A program made the translations under genes and the position numbers. Of a stretch of DNA of 64,000 nucleotides, positions 10,432-20,163 are shown in pieces. The number at the start of each line of letters is the position of its first letter. Positions within the stretch are counted from its first letter, which is position 1. The DNA lies in IMG/VR virus record IMGVR_UViG_3300030376_004742, positions 1 through 64,000 of that record; one strand, written 5' to 3'. Under the pieces are notes generated by a model. The model did not search any database. It was not told the DNA's origin and was given only the letters and a program-made list of their open reading frames with translations. The DNA comes from a virus. Taxonomy: Duplodnaviria; Caudoviricetes.

Positions 10432-10998
10432 TTAAAGTAAGTAATAATCAATTTTACTGTCTTCATCTTTTAGTATCTTACTCAAATCTAATTTAGCTGT
10501 TCTACATGGTATAAAAGAGTAAGCACTCTTCCATTGATAAGTAGCTTTGGTAGTTGAATAATACCACTGGGCGATAAAACCCTTTGTATGTTCATTATAG
10601 TGTCTTACACGTTTCTTAAGACGTTTTGCTTCTTCATCAACTTCCCATAAGTCCATAGTGGCTTTCCAATCTATTGGTAACGGATTTACTAACTCTCCTT
10701 CTTTATTTATCCAAGGTGTTAGTTTCTTTTTACGTATACCTAATAAACCAAGTCTATATGGCATATTAAAGTCAAATGAATTATAAAGTATTTCATCTCT
10801 TAGTTGTTTATTAAAAGAATCTATTACTTTGCAGTAAGTAGAGTAGTCTACATAAAATGCGCTGTCTCTATCTATAAGGACTCTGTTTCTTTTTTTGTCA
10901 TGTCCTTTAAAGTGCATTATACTATAGTGATGATAAAACTCAGCACTTTTAATATGCGCTTTATATTTCTCAGATTGTTTCCCTTTCCTCTTAGCCAT
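10432..10998 (-). CDS. crAss-like IHF/HU-derived DNA-binding protein
   Basis: 188 aa basic protein; FNMPYRLGLLGIRKKK arm-like motif and IDWKATMDLW; conserved crAss-like position before the tubular protein. Confidence 0.6.
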   Translation of the reverse strand: MAKRKGKQSEKYKAHIKSAEFYHHYSIMHFKGHDKKRNRVLIDRDSAFYVDYSTYCKVIDSFNKQLRDEILYNSFDFNMPYRLGLLGIRKKKLTPWINKEGELVNPLPIDWKATMDLWEVDEEAKRLKKRVRHYNEHTKGFIAQWYYSTTKATYQWKSAYSFIPCRTAKLDLSKILKDEDSKIDYYLL

Positions 10999-11003
10999 AA
11001 GCG

Positions 11004-11696
11004 TTATTTACTAATGTTATCTTTTGCGTTGTTATCGTCATCTTTTGGAATTTGTAAACTCATTCCAAATTGTTTTAATATTTGTTCCTTAATATAAGGA
11101 ATCATCCAGTTATTTATTGGATATTGATCATCAAAACTAAAACATGGTGTACTAGTTGAATCACATCTATAATCTAATAAATCTGATGGATCAGCTGCAA
11201 TTACTCTTGCATTAATATACTGAATACCTTGATCAGCCGGTGTAGAAGCAATGATATAGATATAATCATTTAAATACACTGCTTGAATATCGTTACCTGT
11301 ATATTTATTGTATTTTCTAAAACTAGATACTGTTCCTGTTGTTACGGAGTATGGTGTATCCAATTTATTTACTGGGCCTACTCTTTGTATTGCTGGTCCA
11401 CTATGTAGTTCTAATAATGCAGGTAATTTTTTCTCTGTTCTTAGAGCTATACAACCAATATCTACAGAACAACATTCTGCAGCATCTACTTCAATAAGTT
11501 TTAAACAACCTAAGTCTGATATTAGATGTGGATCTATTTTACGACCTGGTTTATTATACTCATTTCTTAAGAAAAGTGCTCGTTGATTGTTTACGTGATA
11601 TAAGATATGCTCTAAGCTAATATCTGTATCATCACTAATTTGATTGTTTTTTAATATCTCTAGGATATCATAACTTATTTCGTTAAAGGTTGCCAT
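11004..11696 (-). CDS. Tail ring protein (crAss-like)
   Basis: 230 aa; MATFNEISYDI start and CFSFDDQYPI...IKEQIL C-terminus typical of crAss ring proteins; synteny. Confidence 0.65.
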   Translation of the reverse strand: MATFNEISYDILEILKNNQISDDTDISLEHILYHVNNQRALFLRNEYNKPGRKIDPHLISDLGCLKLIEVDAAECCSVDIGCIALRTEKKLPALLELHSGPAIQRVGPVNKLDTPYSVTTGTVSSFRKYNKYTGNDIQAVYLNDYIYIIASTPADQGIQYINARVIAADPSDLLDYRCDSTSTPCFSFDDQYPINNWMIPYIKEQILKQFGMSLQIPKDDDNNAKDNISK

Positions 11697-11724
11697 TTAA
11701 TGTTGGTATTATAAAACGAGAAAT

Positions 11725-11750
11725 GGAGGAGCACTCAGACGCACCCCTCC
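11725..11750 (-). terminator. Terminator-like hairpin after the phosphoesterase gene
   Basis: GGAGGGGUGC-GUCUGA-GUGCUCCUCC followed by AUUUCUCGUUUU. Confidence 0.65.
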
Positions 11751-11787
11751 TCTCCAGAACCCCACATCCTGTATTTTATCTCTTTAA

Positions 11788-12705
11788 TTAATTTAATTCC
11801 ATTGGGTATAAACATGGAAGTTTTCCTTTATTAGTTACTGTCCCACAACCTATAACTGGTTTAGGACCGTTTTTACCATATGCAAATGCAAATGCGGTTC
11901 TGTCTATACCACAACCTACTTGCATTCCAAATATTTTATGTTGGCTTCCTACAGAATAGTCAATGTAAAACTGTGAATGTAAGTGACCTTGTACTTGAGG
12001 ACAAAGTTCATTTTTCATTCTACTTCTTGCTGTACCTCCTTCACCATGGTTATAGTTCACTCCGCATATATCTACTTCGTGTACAAATTTCCATCCTGGA
12101 GTATTTAAAGCAGTTGAGTAATCTATAACCCATTGATCTGCTATACCAGCTGATTTTGCTTTACGGTGTACCATTCTATCATGGTTACCTATTGTAACGT
12201 AAGCTTCAGGGAATACCTTATACCAACGTTGTAATTTTGCTTTTGCAACCTCAAATTCTTCATTTGGACCAAAGGTTTGCATTTCTGACTCATGATATGA
12301 ACTATAGTGATTATCAATCACATCTCCAATAAACACTACTGTTCCGCAATTATCTCTTTCTTGTATTTCTCTACAAAATTTTAAATATTCTTTTAAACAA
12401 AATGGTTCATGTAAATCTCCTATTACTAGTACATTATCAGGATTTCCTCCTGTAAATGGTTTAGGTAGTCTTTCTGTAGGGACTTTTCTAAACGGATTTG
12501 CATTCTTTTTCCACTCTAAGAACTCTTTAAATAACGCATCTTGTGTTGCTATTGGTTCTGTATCATTCATTTCTGCAATTGCTGCTCTACGAGCTTCTTT
12601 TGCTAATTTGATTGATACATCAAATAATCTTGAAATTTTAGGTGCACCAGATTTAATGTAACCTGGTTTCTTTATTAAAAACTTTTTTAGTGCCTCTTTA
12701 GTCAT
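11788..12705 (-). CDS. Calcineurin-like metallophosphoesterase
   Basis: Motifs IGDLH, IGDVID, GNHD, HGEG, GHLH in 305 aa. Confidence 0.85.
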   Translation of the reverse strand: MTKEALKKFLIKKPGYIKSGAPKISRLFDVSIKLAKEARRAAIAEMNDTEPIATQDALFKEFLEWKKNANPFRKVPTERLPKPFTGGNPDNVLVIGDLHEPFCLKEYLKFCREIQERDNCGTVVFIGDVIDNHYSSYHESEMQTFGPNEEFEVAKAKLQRWYKVFPEAYVTIGNHDRMVHRKAKSAGIADQWVIDYSTALNTPGWKFVHEVDICGVNYNHGEGGTARSRMKNELCPQVQGHLHSQFYIDYSVGSQHKIFGMQVGCGIDRTAFAFAYGKNGPKPVIGCGTVTNKGKLPCLYPMELN

Positions 12706-12832
12706 ATTGTTTTAAATAATGATATGTTCCCTATCAACATATCTAGTTAAATACCCAAATTTAGGGTACAAATAATCTGTACTAATATCTCCTCTGAATA
12801 CTAATACGTAATACTTCTTATTCCTTCTTTTA

Positions 12833-12840
12833 CAAAGATA
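12833..12840 (-). promoter_or_regulatory. -7 box TATCTTTG upstream of the phosphoesterase
   Basis: tacaaagata on plus strand in an intergenic gap. Confidence 0.65.
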
Positions 12841-12886
12841 CAAAAAATATTGACTAAAACCATGGTTGACACCAATTTTTTTTAAT

Positions 12887-13072
12887 TTATTTTAAAAGCT
12901 TAGAGCAATTCTCTTCAATAGTCTTTAGAATACTCTCTTCTAAATCTTTGATTTGTTTCTCTAATTTGTCCAGTTTTTCTGGAGCTTCATTTGCAGCTTT
13001 AATTGCTTCTGTAAATTCTGCTAAACTAACTTTGGGCTTTTTTGCTAAAAATTTCATCACTTTGTTCATCAC
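12887..13072 (-). CDS. Small coiled-coil hypothetical protein
   Basis: 61 aa, co-oriented, tight spacing, heptad-like LEKQIKDLEESIL. Confidence 0.55.
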   Translation of the reverse strand: MMNKVMKFLAKKPKVSLAEFTEAIKAANEAPEKLDKLEKQIKDLEESILKTIEENCSKLLK

Positions 13073-13079
13073 TTTATTC

Positions 13080-13457
13080 TTATTTTTTAGTTAAGTTTTT
13101 TAACTCTTCACGTAATAATGCTAAATCTTCTAACGCTGCTTCTAATTTTGCAACTAAGGTAGCATTTTCTGTGGATAGTACTAAGATCTTTTCTGAGTAC
13201 ATTTTAATTAGCTCTTCTATATGAAGTCTTAGTGTTACTACTAATTCTTCTAGACTTTCTATACGTAACTTTAGACTTTCTCTATATTCATCTAGTGGAG
13301 CAGTTTCAGCTGCTTTCATTTCCTTTCTATATTGAAGGATAAGCTGTACCAATTTTACTGCTCCTCCGGCACCCACTGTTCCAATTATAGTAATTAGAAT
13401 AGTCATTATGTCTGATGTTCCTTCCCCTACGCCTGCTTGTAAAATTCGGTTAATCAT
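13080..13457 (-). CDS. Holin-like membrane protein (N-terminal TM plus coiled coil)
   Basis: Hydrophobic IMTILITIIGTVGAGGAVKLVQLIL followed by a long charged coiled coil. Confidence 0.5.
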   Translation of the reverse strand: MINRILQAGVGEGTSDIMTILITIIGTVGAGGAVKLVQLILQYRKEMKAAETAPLDEYRESLKLRIESLEELVVTLRLHIEELIKMYSEKILVLSTENATLVAKLEAALEDLALLREELKNLTKK

Positions 13458-13468
13458 ATTAATGTGTA

Positions 13469-13771
13469 TTACTCAATCCCGGCAAACTTATGCTTAGGAT
13501 CTTCTGGGTTTATTTCATTTTCTCCAAAATCTATTGTTTTGGTAGTTAAGATATCAAAGCCATAACCAGGAAAATATTCCGCTGGTGTAAGTTCAATATC
13601 GTTTTCATCGTAAGTAGCTTCTACAGACTCTACCTTACCTAATTCTACAACGGTGTCAATACCGTCTGCTTTAGAATATTTTCCTAATAAAGATTTATTG
13701 TAAACTTTTTTCTTTACTAAATCTTTTAGAGCTTTTTTTCTAGTGTCGTATGATAATTTGTAGATATTCAT
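13469..13771 (-). CDS. Hypothetical protein (fibre-associated region)
   Basis: 100 aa ORF abutting its neighbours. Confidence 0.55.
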   Translation of the reverse strand: MNIYKLSYDTRKKALKDLVKKKVYNKSLLGKYSKADGIDTVVELGKVESVEATYDENDIELTPAEYFPGYGFDILTTKTIDFGENEINPEDPKHKFAGIE

Positions 13772-13772
13772 A

Positions 13773-14771
13773 TTAAGCGGTATATATTACGTGTTTAATT
13801 CTTCCTAGAGACATAAAATACGTATTTGGATTATTAATTGTATTAGTTGTCCCATCTTCAAATGTTTCTACAATACTACCTGTTCCTGGTAATCCAGCTT
13901 TCTGTATATTATCGGCTGCTCTTGTAACTTGGGCAGATGTAGTTGCAATATAACTTGTAGCTGCAGATGTTTGCTCTAATTGAGCACCCCATGCATATAA
14001 GTCAGTTGCATTATTACCGTTAGTAGCTCTATTAATTACCCTTACAGTTGTTGCTGTAGTATGAGTTGTATTAGTTAAACTATGTCTAACCCAATCAGCC
14101 GTTAAAGTAATAACTGAAGATGCAGACCCACATTCTAGTGTAACTGTCTGTCCAGCTGTTCCTTTTAACCAAATTGAAAACGTAGTATCAGAACTTCCAC
14201 CTGTTGTGGTATTATTTCTAAATACACGGGCTAAATCAGTTCCACCTAATGCAAACGTTTCTGCTGTTGTTGTTCCGTCAGGAGCTACAGTTGTATTTGC
14301 GGTTACAGTTGAACTGTTTTTCTTCCAATAAGTATTATCAAAATCTTGCGAATGTAATAATAAATTAGTAGATGCTGCTTCGTTTAATATTACTGCTGTG
14401 CCTCCACCATAATCTATTCTAGGTATAAATACAGCTACAGTTTCTATTAATCCACTAGAATTAACTCTAGTAGCTGTTGTAGATCTTACGCTCCCTAAAT
14501 CTCTTGTAGCATCCAGTGGAAAAAGTGCATATATAGTCGCAAAGTTAAATGCATTTGGAGTAACTATAAAATCAGCCGCGGCATATGTACCGTCACCTAA
14601 CCAAGTAGCTAAACTAGAAATTAATGTAGATGTGTCTTCAAATGTACCACTAGCTGTTGCAACTCTAGTTTGGAAATCACTAACCAACGTAGTAGCTTGG
14701 GCAGTATAATCTACTGCACCGCCTAACATTGACTTCTTTAAGAAGTAGGCGTTATTATAATATCCGTACAT
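13773..14771 (-). CDS. Head/tail fibre protein with carbohydrate-binding-like beta-sandwich
   Basis: 332 aa Thr-rich; TNLLLHSQDF...W, AWGAQLEQ...ATSYI.T...VTRAAD motifs typical of phage spike/fibre domains. Confidence 0.6.
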   Translation of the reverse strand: MYGYYNNAYFLKKSMLGGAVDYTAQATTLVSDFQTRVATASGTFEDTSTLISSLATWLGDGTYAAADFIVTPNAFNFATIYALFPLDATRDLGSVRSTTATRVNSSGLIETVAVFIPRIDYGGGTAVILNEAASTNLLLHSQDFDNTYWKKNSSTVTANTTVAPDGTTTAETFALGGTDLARVFRNNTTTGGSSDTTFSIWLKGTAGQTVTLECGSASSVITLTADWVRHSLTNTTHTTATTVRVINRATNGNNATDLYAWGAQLEQTSAATSYIATTSAQVTRAADNIQKAGLPGTGSIVETFEDGTTNTINNPNTYFMSLGRIKHVIYTA

Positions 14772-14781
14772 AGTTTTTGTT

Positions 14782-15057
14782 TTATAGTATTATTGAAACA
14801 GATCCACTTGTTAATGTGATTCCATCAAATGTATCACCATTATGTCCTGTAATTAAAGCTCCAGCCTTTATTGCTGTAGCGGGTGTAGTAATGTAATTAG
14901 CTCGTACATTAGTACCTCCTACTGTTAAGGAAGCAATAACTGTATCTTCTAATGCCATTACTGCGTCAAAGGTTCTAGATACTGCATTAGTATCATTTAC
15001 GATTACAACACCTCTAGATGCAGAGATTTTTTGTAATCTTCTTGTTTCTTCACTCAT
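14782..15057 (-). CDS. Small beta-rich virion-associated hypothetical protein
   Basis: 91 aa; ends ITLTSGSVSIIL. Confidence 0.55.
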   Translation of the reverse strand: MSEETRRLQKISASRGVVIVNDTNAVSRTFDAVMALEDTVIASLTVGGTNVRANYITTPATAIKAGALITGHNGDTFDGITLTSGSVSIIL

Positions 15058-15100
15058 GTTATTAAATTTTTAAATTGTGTGTGGGTTATTATTTATTTTA

Positions 15101-15108
15101 CAAATATA
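15101..15108 (-). promoter_or_regulatory. -7 box TATATTTG
   Basis: ttacaaatata on plus strand, 44 nt upstream of ATG 15057. Confidence 0.65.
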
Positions 15109-15146
15109 AGAAAAATTATTGACAAATCCAATCTTTTCTTTATATA

Positions 15147-15176
15147 AAAGCCCCTACCTTTGTAGATAGGAGCTTT
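15147..15176 (-). terminator. Intrinsic terminator after the LamG-domain gene
   Basis: AAAGCUCCUAUCU-ACAA-AGGUAGGGGCUUU, 13-bp stem with G-U pairs. Confidence 0.65.
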
Positions 15177-15184
15177 ATTTATTT

Positions 15185-16825
15185 TTATGGAGCAGGAGCA
15201 TCAGTAACTATATTTGCTGAAGTTTGATTATACATTACCATTACAGATGTTGTATCACTTGCATCAGCAGAGTTACGAATATTAGGATAACTATCGTTTT
15301 CTCCATCTCCCATTCTAAACCATTTTATTGGGGTATTATTTGTACCTAATAACATTAGGTCATGAGCATCACCAGAATTATAAATATTTGCTATATTAGA
15401 TGAGACATCTTTATCCCAAATAGCAAACTCATCTACTTTAGCTCCTCTTAAAGTATTACCAGAAACTAATTTTCCAATTCTACAATTTTCTCCTGTAATA
15501 CCGCCATTATATCCATAGTTATTATGAGAATCACTTGTTGTTTGTAACGTACCGTCTATATAGATTTTAAATCTAGAATAGTAGTCAGATACACTTCCAG
15601 AAGCTACTCCTGTAGTTCCACCATCATAAGTTACTAATATGTGTTTCCATGTGCCTGCTACTAATGAGTCTGCCGGCGTTGACATTTGAATATAATTAGT
15701 ATTCCTTCCATATCGTAATCTTAATCGTTTGTGATCTCCAGTATCATTATTTAAATTAGTTTGACGTAATTCAAAATGTCCTTCATTTACAGTATCATTA
15801 CCTCCATAATAGAAGATTACTTGTCCATTATTATTTGTATTTGCTTTATACCATAACGCAATAGACCAAGCATCAGAAGAACCTGAGCCATTACCACTAC
15901 GTTCAAATTCTGGATATACTGCTGCATTTGCACCTAAGTAATCTGATTGTTCACATAGAATAGATTTAGTATTAGCAAAAGCGGGTTCATTTACTGTTAA
16001 TGTAATTGTTTCTGTATCTGCACCATTATAGTTAATAGCCTTTGCTGTAAACGTATAAGTACCGGCAGCTAAACTAGCACCTCCTATTAACTTTCGTAAA
16101 TTACCATTTACTTGAGTTATACCAGAAGGTAAACCTGTCCACTCATATCCTACACCATTAGTTGCTGTTAACTCATAATTTAATGTATCACCTTTGGTCA
16201 TAGTTACCGTAGTACTAGATGTAATAACAGGAAGATCTCCTGTAGATGTACCAGATTGTGCAAACAATGCGTTTAATTGATTAATTTTATTTGCATTTGT
16301 ACCAGTTAAAGCTGCGCTATTAATAGTTACATTTGCTAGATTAATATTTACATAATAATCTTTAGATCCGTATTCTGATCTTAATGTTAATGTATTATCA
16401 TTAGCTAAAACAGCTTTAATTCCATTTACATTAAAATAATCTCCAGTAGAGACTAATATTGTATTATTTCTAACATCTAATTTAAAATCAAATGCGGTTG
16501 TACTAATAGCTGTAGAAGTTCCGGTAGATCCTACTAAATTAGCTTGTTCATTAATATAAGTAATAACTTGTGCTGTACTATATCCTAATGTAGCAACTAA
16601 TAATTCTCCATCTTTATTTTTAACCCTTGTAGGATTCATTCTTTTAAATAAAGGTCTTTTAGTAACTCCGTCAGATTTAAATTTATCATTTCTAACTATT
16701 ACTATTCTATCTTCATCACTTTTTAAAGAGGCTTCTACTGTCCCTAATGCTTTAGGTTCTACTACTGAACCTTCAAAGAAAATTTCTCCACTATTAATAT
16801 CTCCGTATATTTTTACTTTTCCCAT
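15185..16825 (-). CDS. Virion decoration/fibre protein with Ig-like and LamG/ConA-like domains
   Basis: 546 aa; PVITS...YELTATN...LPSGIT...GTYTFTAKAIN (Ig-like repeat) then WSIALWYK...WKHILVTYDG...KIYIDG...VDEFAIWD (LamG). Confidence 0.75.
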   Translation of the reverse strand: MGKVKIYGDINSGEIFFEGSVVEPKALGTVEASLKSDEDRIVIVRNDKFKSDGVTKRPLFKRMNPTRVKNKDGELLVATLGYSTAQVITYINEQANLVGSTGTSTAISTTAFDFKLDVRNNTILVSTGDYFNVNGIKAVLANDNTLTLRSEYGSKDYYVNINLANVTINSAALTGTNANKINQLNALFAQSGTSTGDLPVITSSTTVTMTKGDTLNYELTATNGVGYEWTGLPSGITQVNGNLRKLIGGASLAAGTYTFTAKAINYNGADTETITLTVNEPAFANTKSILCEQSDYLGANAAVYPEFERSGNGSGSSDAWSIALWYKANTNNNGQVIFYYGGNDTVNEGHFELRQTNLNNDTGDHKRLRLRYGRNTNYIQMSTPADSLVAGTWKHILVTYDGGTTGVASGSVSDYYSRFKIYIDGTLQTTSDSHNNYGYNGGITGENCRIGKLVSGNTLRGAKVDEFAIWDKDVSSNIANIYNSGDAHDLMLLGTNNTPIKWFRMGDGENDSYPNIRNSADASDTTSVMVMYNQTSANIVTDAPAP

Positions 16826-16836
16826 TTTCTTTTTTA

Positions 16837-17517
16837 TTATTTATTAATATACCAAGTTAAAGCTCTAATACTTAATGTACCAGGAACATTACATTTTATT
16901 TGAAATCTACATTTCCCTGCATCATGTGGGTGATTTGTATCAATAGTATCACCAACAAAAAAAGATAACATAGGTTCAGACACATACTCTATATCTGCCC
17001 CATTTTGCATAGATAAAGATACTTCTTCAATAGCAAAATCTCCAGAAGGAGTAGTTCCAGAATGTCGGTTAAATAATAATCTACTTTCTAATTGAGATTC
17101 ATCTTCTTCAGGATTAAAAGACATAGATGCTCTAAAGTTAGCAAAGGCATGAGTAGTTAGTCCTTCTAGATGAAATACAATAGGAGAACCTGTTTGTCCA
17201 GTTCCGTCATGTCCTTTATCTCTAGCATCTTTCATTACTGGAGGTCTACGATCAAATAAACCAGCATTTAATTCTGGTCCTTGATAAATATCTATATTAA
17301 CATCTACCCAATTATTAATATCTGCTTCGGTAATTGTTGTAGTTGTAGCATTACCACCATAATAAAATTCAGTTAATAAACCATAATAGCCAGTAATAGC
17401 ATCGGTTAATCTTTGTGCGTTAATTCTAAATTTACTTCCTTTAGTTTCTGATACTAAAAATTCTGCGTCTCTAGCTCTTTTTAAAATAGGTAGAACGTGT
17501 GTAGAAAATTTTCCCAT
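16837..17517 (-). CDS. Hypothetical virion-associated protein
   Basis: 226 aa ORF overlapping the upstream stop; beta-rich C-terminus. Confidence 0.55.
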   Translation of the reverse strand: MGKFSTHVLPILKRARDAEFLVSETKGSKFRINAQRLTDAITGYYGLLTEFYYGGNATTTTITEADINNWVDVNIDIYQGPELNAGLFDRRPPVMKDARDKGHDGTGQTGSPIVFHLEGLTTHAFANFRASMSFNPEEDESQLESRLLFNRHSGTTPSGDFAIEEVSLSMQNGADIEYVSEPMLSFFVGDTIDTNHPHDAGKCRFQIKCNVPGTLSIRALTWYINK

Positions 17518-18107
17518 TATTTCTTAGATTTAAAAAGTTTAAACTTAACCCCGCCAAATATATTTTTATTAATGGGGTCATATCCTAGTTCATAATAAGT
17601 ATCCTTTTTAGTCTTAAGCCCTATAGAACCAATAACAGAAAAATTCTGTACTGGACTTACCATTACACCTCCATATATTTGCCATTCAGGTCTTTTAATT
17701 AATGTTGTTGTTTCCTTATTAACAAATATAGAATCTGTTTTTATAATATATTTAGGAAACTTTGGTAAATATGTAAATCCTTGATTTACTAATTCGCCTT
17801 CATTTGTAACTACTGTATTGATCTTACCATCTATTAAAGAATCAGATACTTCAGTAGTATAAGTAAACTCAGTACTATCTGTATTAACTGTTTCTGAAAT
17901 AACAGGAAGATCTACCCAACGTACACTATCTATGATATTATAAAAAGGTATAGTATCAATATGTGTTACGCGGGTAGTATCTACAACTGTAGTGGTACTA
18001 ATAATTTCATCCTGTAGCGGAGAATTATTACACCGTTGTAAAGATACAATAAATAATAAAATTAAGCAAATTAAAATTAGAATTTGATTGATCTTTTTTG
18101 TATCCAT
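17517..18107 (-). CDS. Membrane-anchored lysis accessory (spanin-like) protein
   Basis: N-terminal TM/lipoprotein-like ILILICLILLFIVSLQRC, TRVTHIDT linker, and C-terminal beta-hairpins ending GGVKFKLF as in Bacteroidota phage spanin-like proteins. Confidence 0.45.
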   Translation of the reverse strand: MDTKKINQILILICLILLFIVSLQRCNNSPLQDEIISTTTVVDTTRVTHIDTIPFYNIIDSVRWVDLPVISETVNTDSTEFTYTTEVSDSLIDGKINTVVTNEGELVNQGFTYLPKFPKYIIKTDSIFVNKETTTLIKRPEWQIYGGVMVSPVQNFSVIGSIGLKTKKDTYYELGYDPINKNIFGGVKFKLFKSKK

Positions 18108-18126
18108 GTGTCTTCTCTTTTGTGCA

Positions 18127-18774
18127 TTAACAATTACAATCTTTTAATAAATCTCGTAATTGGCATACTATTTTTGCTATCTCATCATATGTAAGACAGT
18201 TTTTAGTATCTAAATATTTCCCTACTGTTGAAAAATCTAAATCATTAGCTACTTGGGTAATTGTAGTAGTACATCCTGTTTCAGTAGTTACTACAACTTC
18301 ATAAGGATATTTAAATCCTAGGTTATAGATGTCTACTCCTTCAAATAATGGATTAGAAGGATGTGTTCTTGGTACTGCATAAAACCCGTGAGTTGCTGTA
18401 TTTGTATTTACAGCAGCTACAATTGCTTCAATTAGTTGAATTAATGTTCCTGTCATGTTTACTGACCCTAATAAATACGTTGGAGACGCAATACTAGCAT
18501 ACAGATTATATGTATAAGGAACACTAACAGTTGGGCCGGTAGAACTAACAATGTATAATTGATTAGTATTTATTGAAGTAACAAAATCAGAATATGGTTG
18601 ATATCTGTATACTACTTCTATTAAATTACTAATCAATAAATTACGGTCTACCCATTGTTGCGCACAGAGACCTCCACCACCATATGATAATTCTTTATCA
18701 TATTTAATTAACCAATCTGCATGTTTACACTGCAAGTCTTGGATAATCTTTTCTCTTGTCGCTGTTGTTGTCAT
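18127..18774 (-). CDS. Structural (tail hub/fibre-associated) protein
   Basis: 215 aa; Cys-rich end KNCLT...IVCQL...DCNC. Confidence 0.5.
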   Translation of the reverse strand: MTTTATREKIIQDLQCKHADWLIKYDKELSYGGGGLCAQQWVDRNLLISNLIEVVYRYQPYSDFVTSINTNQLYIVSSTGPTVSVPYTYNLYASIASPTYLLGSVNMTGTLIQLIEAIVAAVNTNTATHGFYAVPRTHPSNPLFEGVDIYNLGFKYPYEVVVTTETGCTTTITQVANDLDFSTVGKYLDTKNCLTYDEIAKIVCQLRDLLKDCNC

Positions 18775-18785
18775 TTTATTAAATA

Positions 18786-19499
18786 TTAATTATGTATAAC
18801 AGATAAATGTACTAATTGCACAGATCCACCTGCATTAACAAACGCAGACATACCTAATGTACTTGCTGCTGACCAAGTCACACTATGTTTCTTAAAATAG
18901 TGATCTTGTTGTGTTGCCATACCATAAGCATCCATTCTATTTCCTACATATCTATAAAATGCTGTTGTAGCATTAATTCGTTGAACTTCTACTTCTAAAG
19001 TATAAAATGCTGCTGTTTTATCAACAGATGGAAAATCACCGTTAAATGACTCTGCTCCTGCTGCTTGTGTTTTTTCTGGCATATACATTGTACCAACCCC
19101 ATTAAAACTTATGTAAGGCATAAATCCTGCAGCTGGTCCTGCTGTAGGTGCTACAGTTCTAGCATAAGATGCTATAATTTTAATTGTATCACCATCTACC
19201 ATAGTTGGGATAGTAATTGTAGACGGTAACGTAAAATAATCTGCTCCGTCAGTTACTCTTGACACTGTATCTTCTACTAATCCATTAAATAAGATTGTAG
19301 CTACAGTTGAATTGGTACCATTTGTACCGTTTGTACCATTAGCTCCGGCTGGTCCAGTTGGCCCTGCAGGTCCCGTAGGTCCCGTAGGTCCTGTTGGTCC
19401 TGTAGCACCGGCCGCTCCTGTTGCTCCGGTTGCACCAGTAGCTCCAGTAGGTATTGTTATCGCTGATGTATCTAAACATCCATCATTACATGTACTCAT
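18786..19499 (-). CDS. Collagen-like tail/head fibre protein
   Basis: About 15 Gly-X-Y repeats ([12 protein letters not shown]) followed by a beta-rich C-terminal domain. Confidence 0.8.
   Translation of the reverse strand: MSTCNDGCLDTSAITIPTGATGATGATGAAGATGPTGPTGPTGPAGPTGPAGANGTNGTNGTNSTVATILFNGLVEDTVSRVTDGADYFTLPSTITIPTMVDGDTIKIIASYARTVAPTAGPAAGFMPYISFNGVGTMYMPEKTQAAGAESFNGDFPSVDKTAAFYTLEVEVQRINATTAFYRYVGNRMDAYGMATQQDHYFKKHSVTWSAASTLGMSAFVNAGGSVQLVHLSVIHN
19312..19443 (-). repeat. 9-nt-period collagen (Gly-X-Y) repeat
   Basis: [45 protein letters not shown] in the translation. Confidence 0.9.
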
Positions 19500-19503
19500 T
19501 TTT

Positions 19504-20091
19504 TTAACAATTACAGTTTTCTAATTTACAAATTCTTTGCAGCTTTTCTAATAAAGCTGTTCTTGCGTTTGTATTATCACAAGAAGTACCACTTATAATT
19601 GCTCTATAAGTAGCCTCTGCAACTAAAGCTCTACTAGTATAAGATGTTTTATCATCTATACAGTTACAATCTTCAGACATTAATCCTGAAGCTGCTTTAG
19701 CCCAAAGTTTATCTACGCAACATCTTACTACGCATAGTGATGTTACTGTATATTTTCTAATTACAACTTCTGCACCATCAAACACTTTATATTCAAATGT
19801 CCAATCGCCATCTTTTGCAGTATCTAAAGTTATAGTCGCTAAAACAAATTCACCTCCTACAGGTGTTTGTAAGTTAACTATAGTTGTTTTGTCTAATTCC
19901 GTTGCGGTTGTTTCACCTGGCTTTGTATAATAAAACATAGCCCTTGTTGCTGCCGAAGCAGTAATGTTTGCAGCTCCCCATCCTCCAGTGTTGGCTGGTG
20001 AATGAGCACCTGTAGTATCGTAAACTTTTATAGTTTTACAGTCGTCTTCCCAACATACTCTGAAGTTAGGTGTTAAAGTATCTACTGCCAT
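19504..20091 (-). CDS. Structural (tail hub-like) protein
   Basis: 195 aa; Cys-rich ([19 protein letters not shown]); follows the gene-73-type protein as in crAss-like phages. Confidence 0.55.
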   Translation of the reverse strand: MAVDTLTPNFRVCWEDDCKTIKVYDTTGAHSPANTGGWGAANITASAATRAMFYYTKPGETTATELDKTTIVNLQTPVGGEFVLATITLDTAKDGDWTFEYKVFDGAEVVIRKYTVTSLCVVRCCVDKLWAKAASGLMSEDCNCIDDKTSYTSRALVAEATYRAIISGTSCDNTNARTALLEKLQRICKLENCNC

Positions 20092-20103
20092 TTTTTATAA
20101 GAT

Positions 20104-20137
20104 AAAAAAAGGGAGGAAAGAAAAATCAATCCTCCCC
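20104..20137 (-). terminator. Intrinsic terminator
   Basis: GGGAGGA-loop-UCCUCCC-UUUUUUU on minus strand. Confidence 0.75.
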
Positions 20138-20163
20138 TTTGGGTTAATATATATGTGTTTAGC

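Noticed and set aside
12706-12832. Short open frame (…RRNKKYYVLVFRGD…) between the promoter and the phosphoesterase
   Set aside because: No ATG downstream of the promoter; the only possible start overlaps the -7 box
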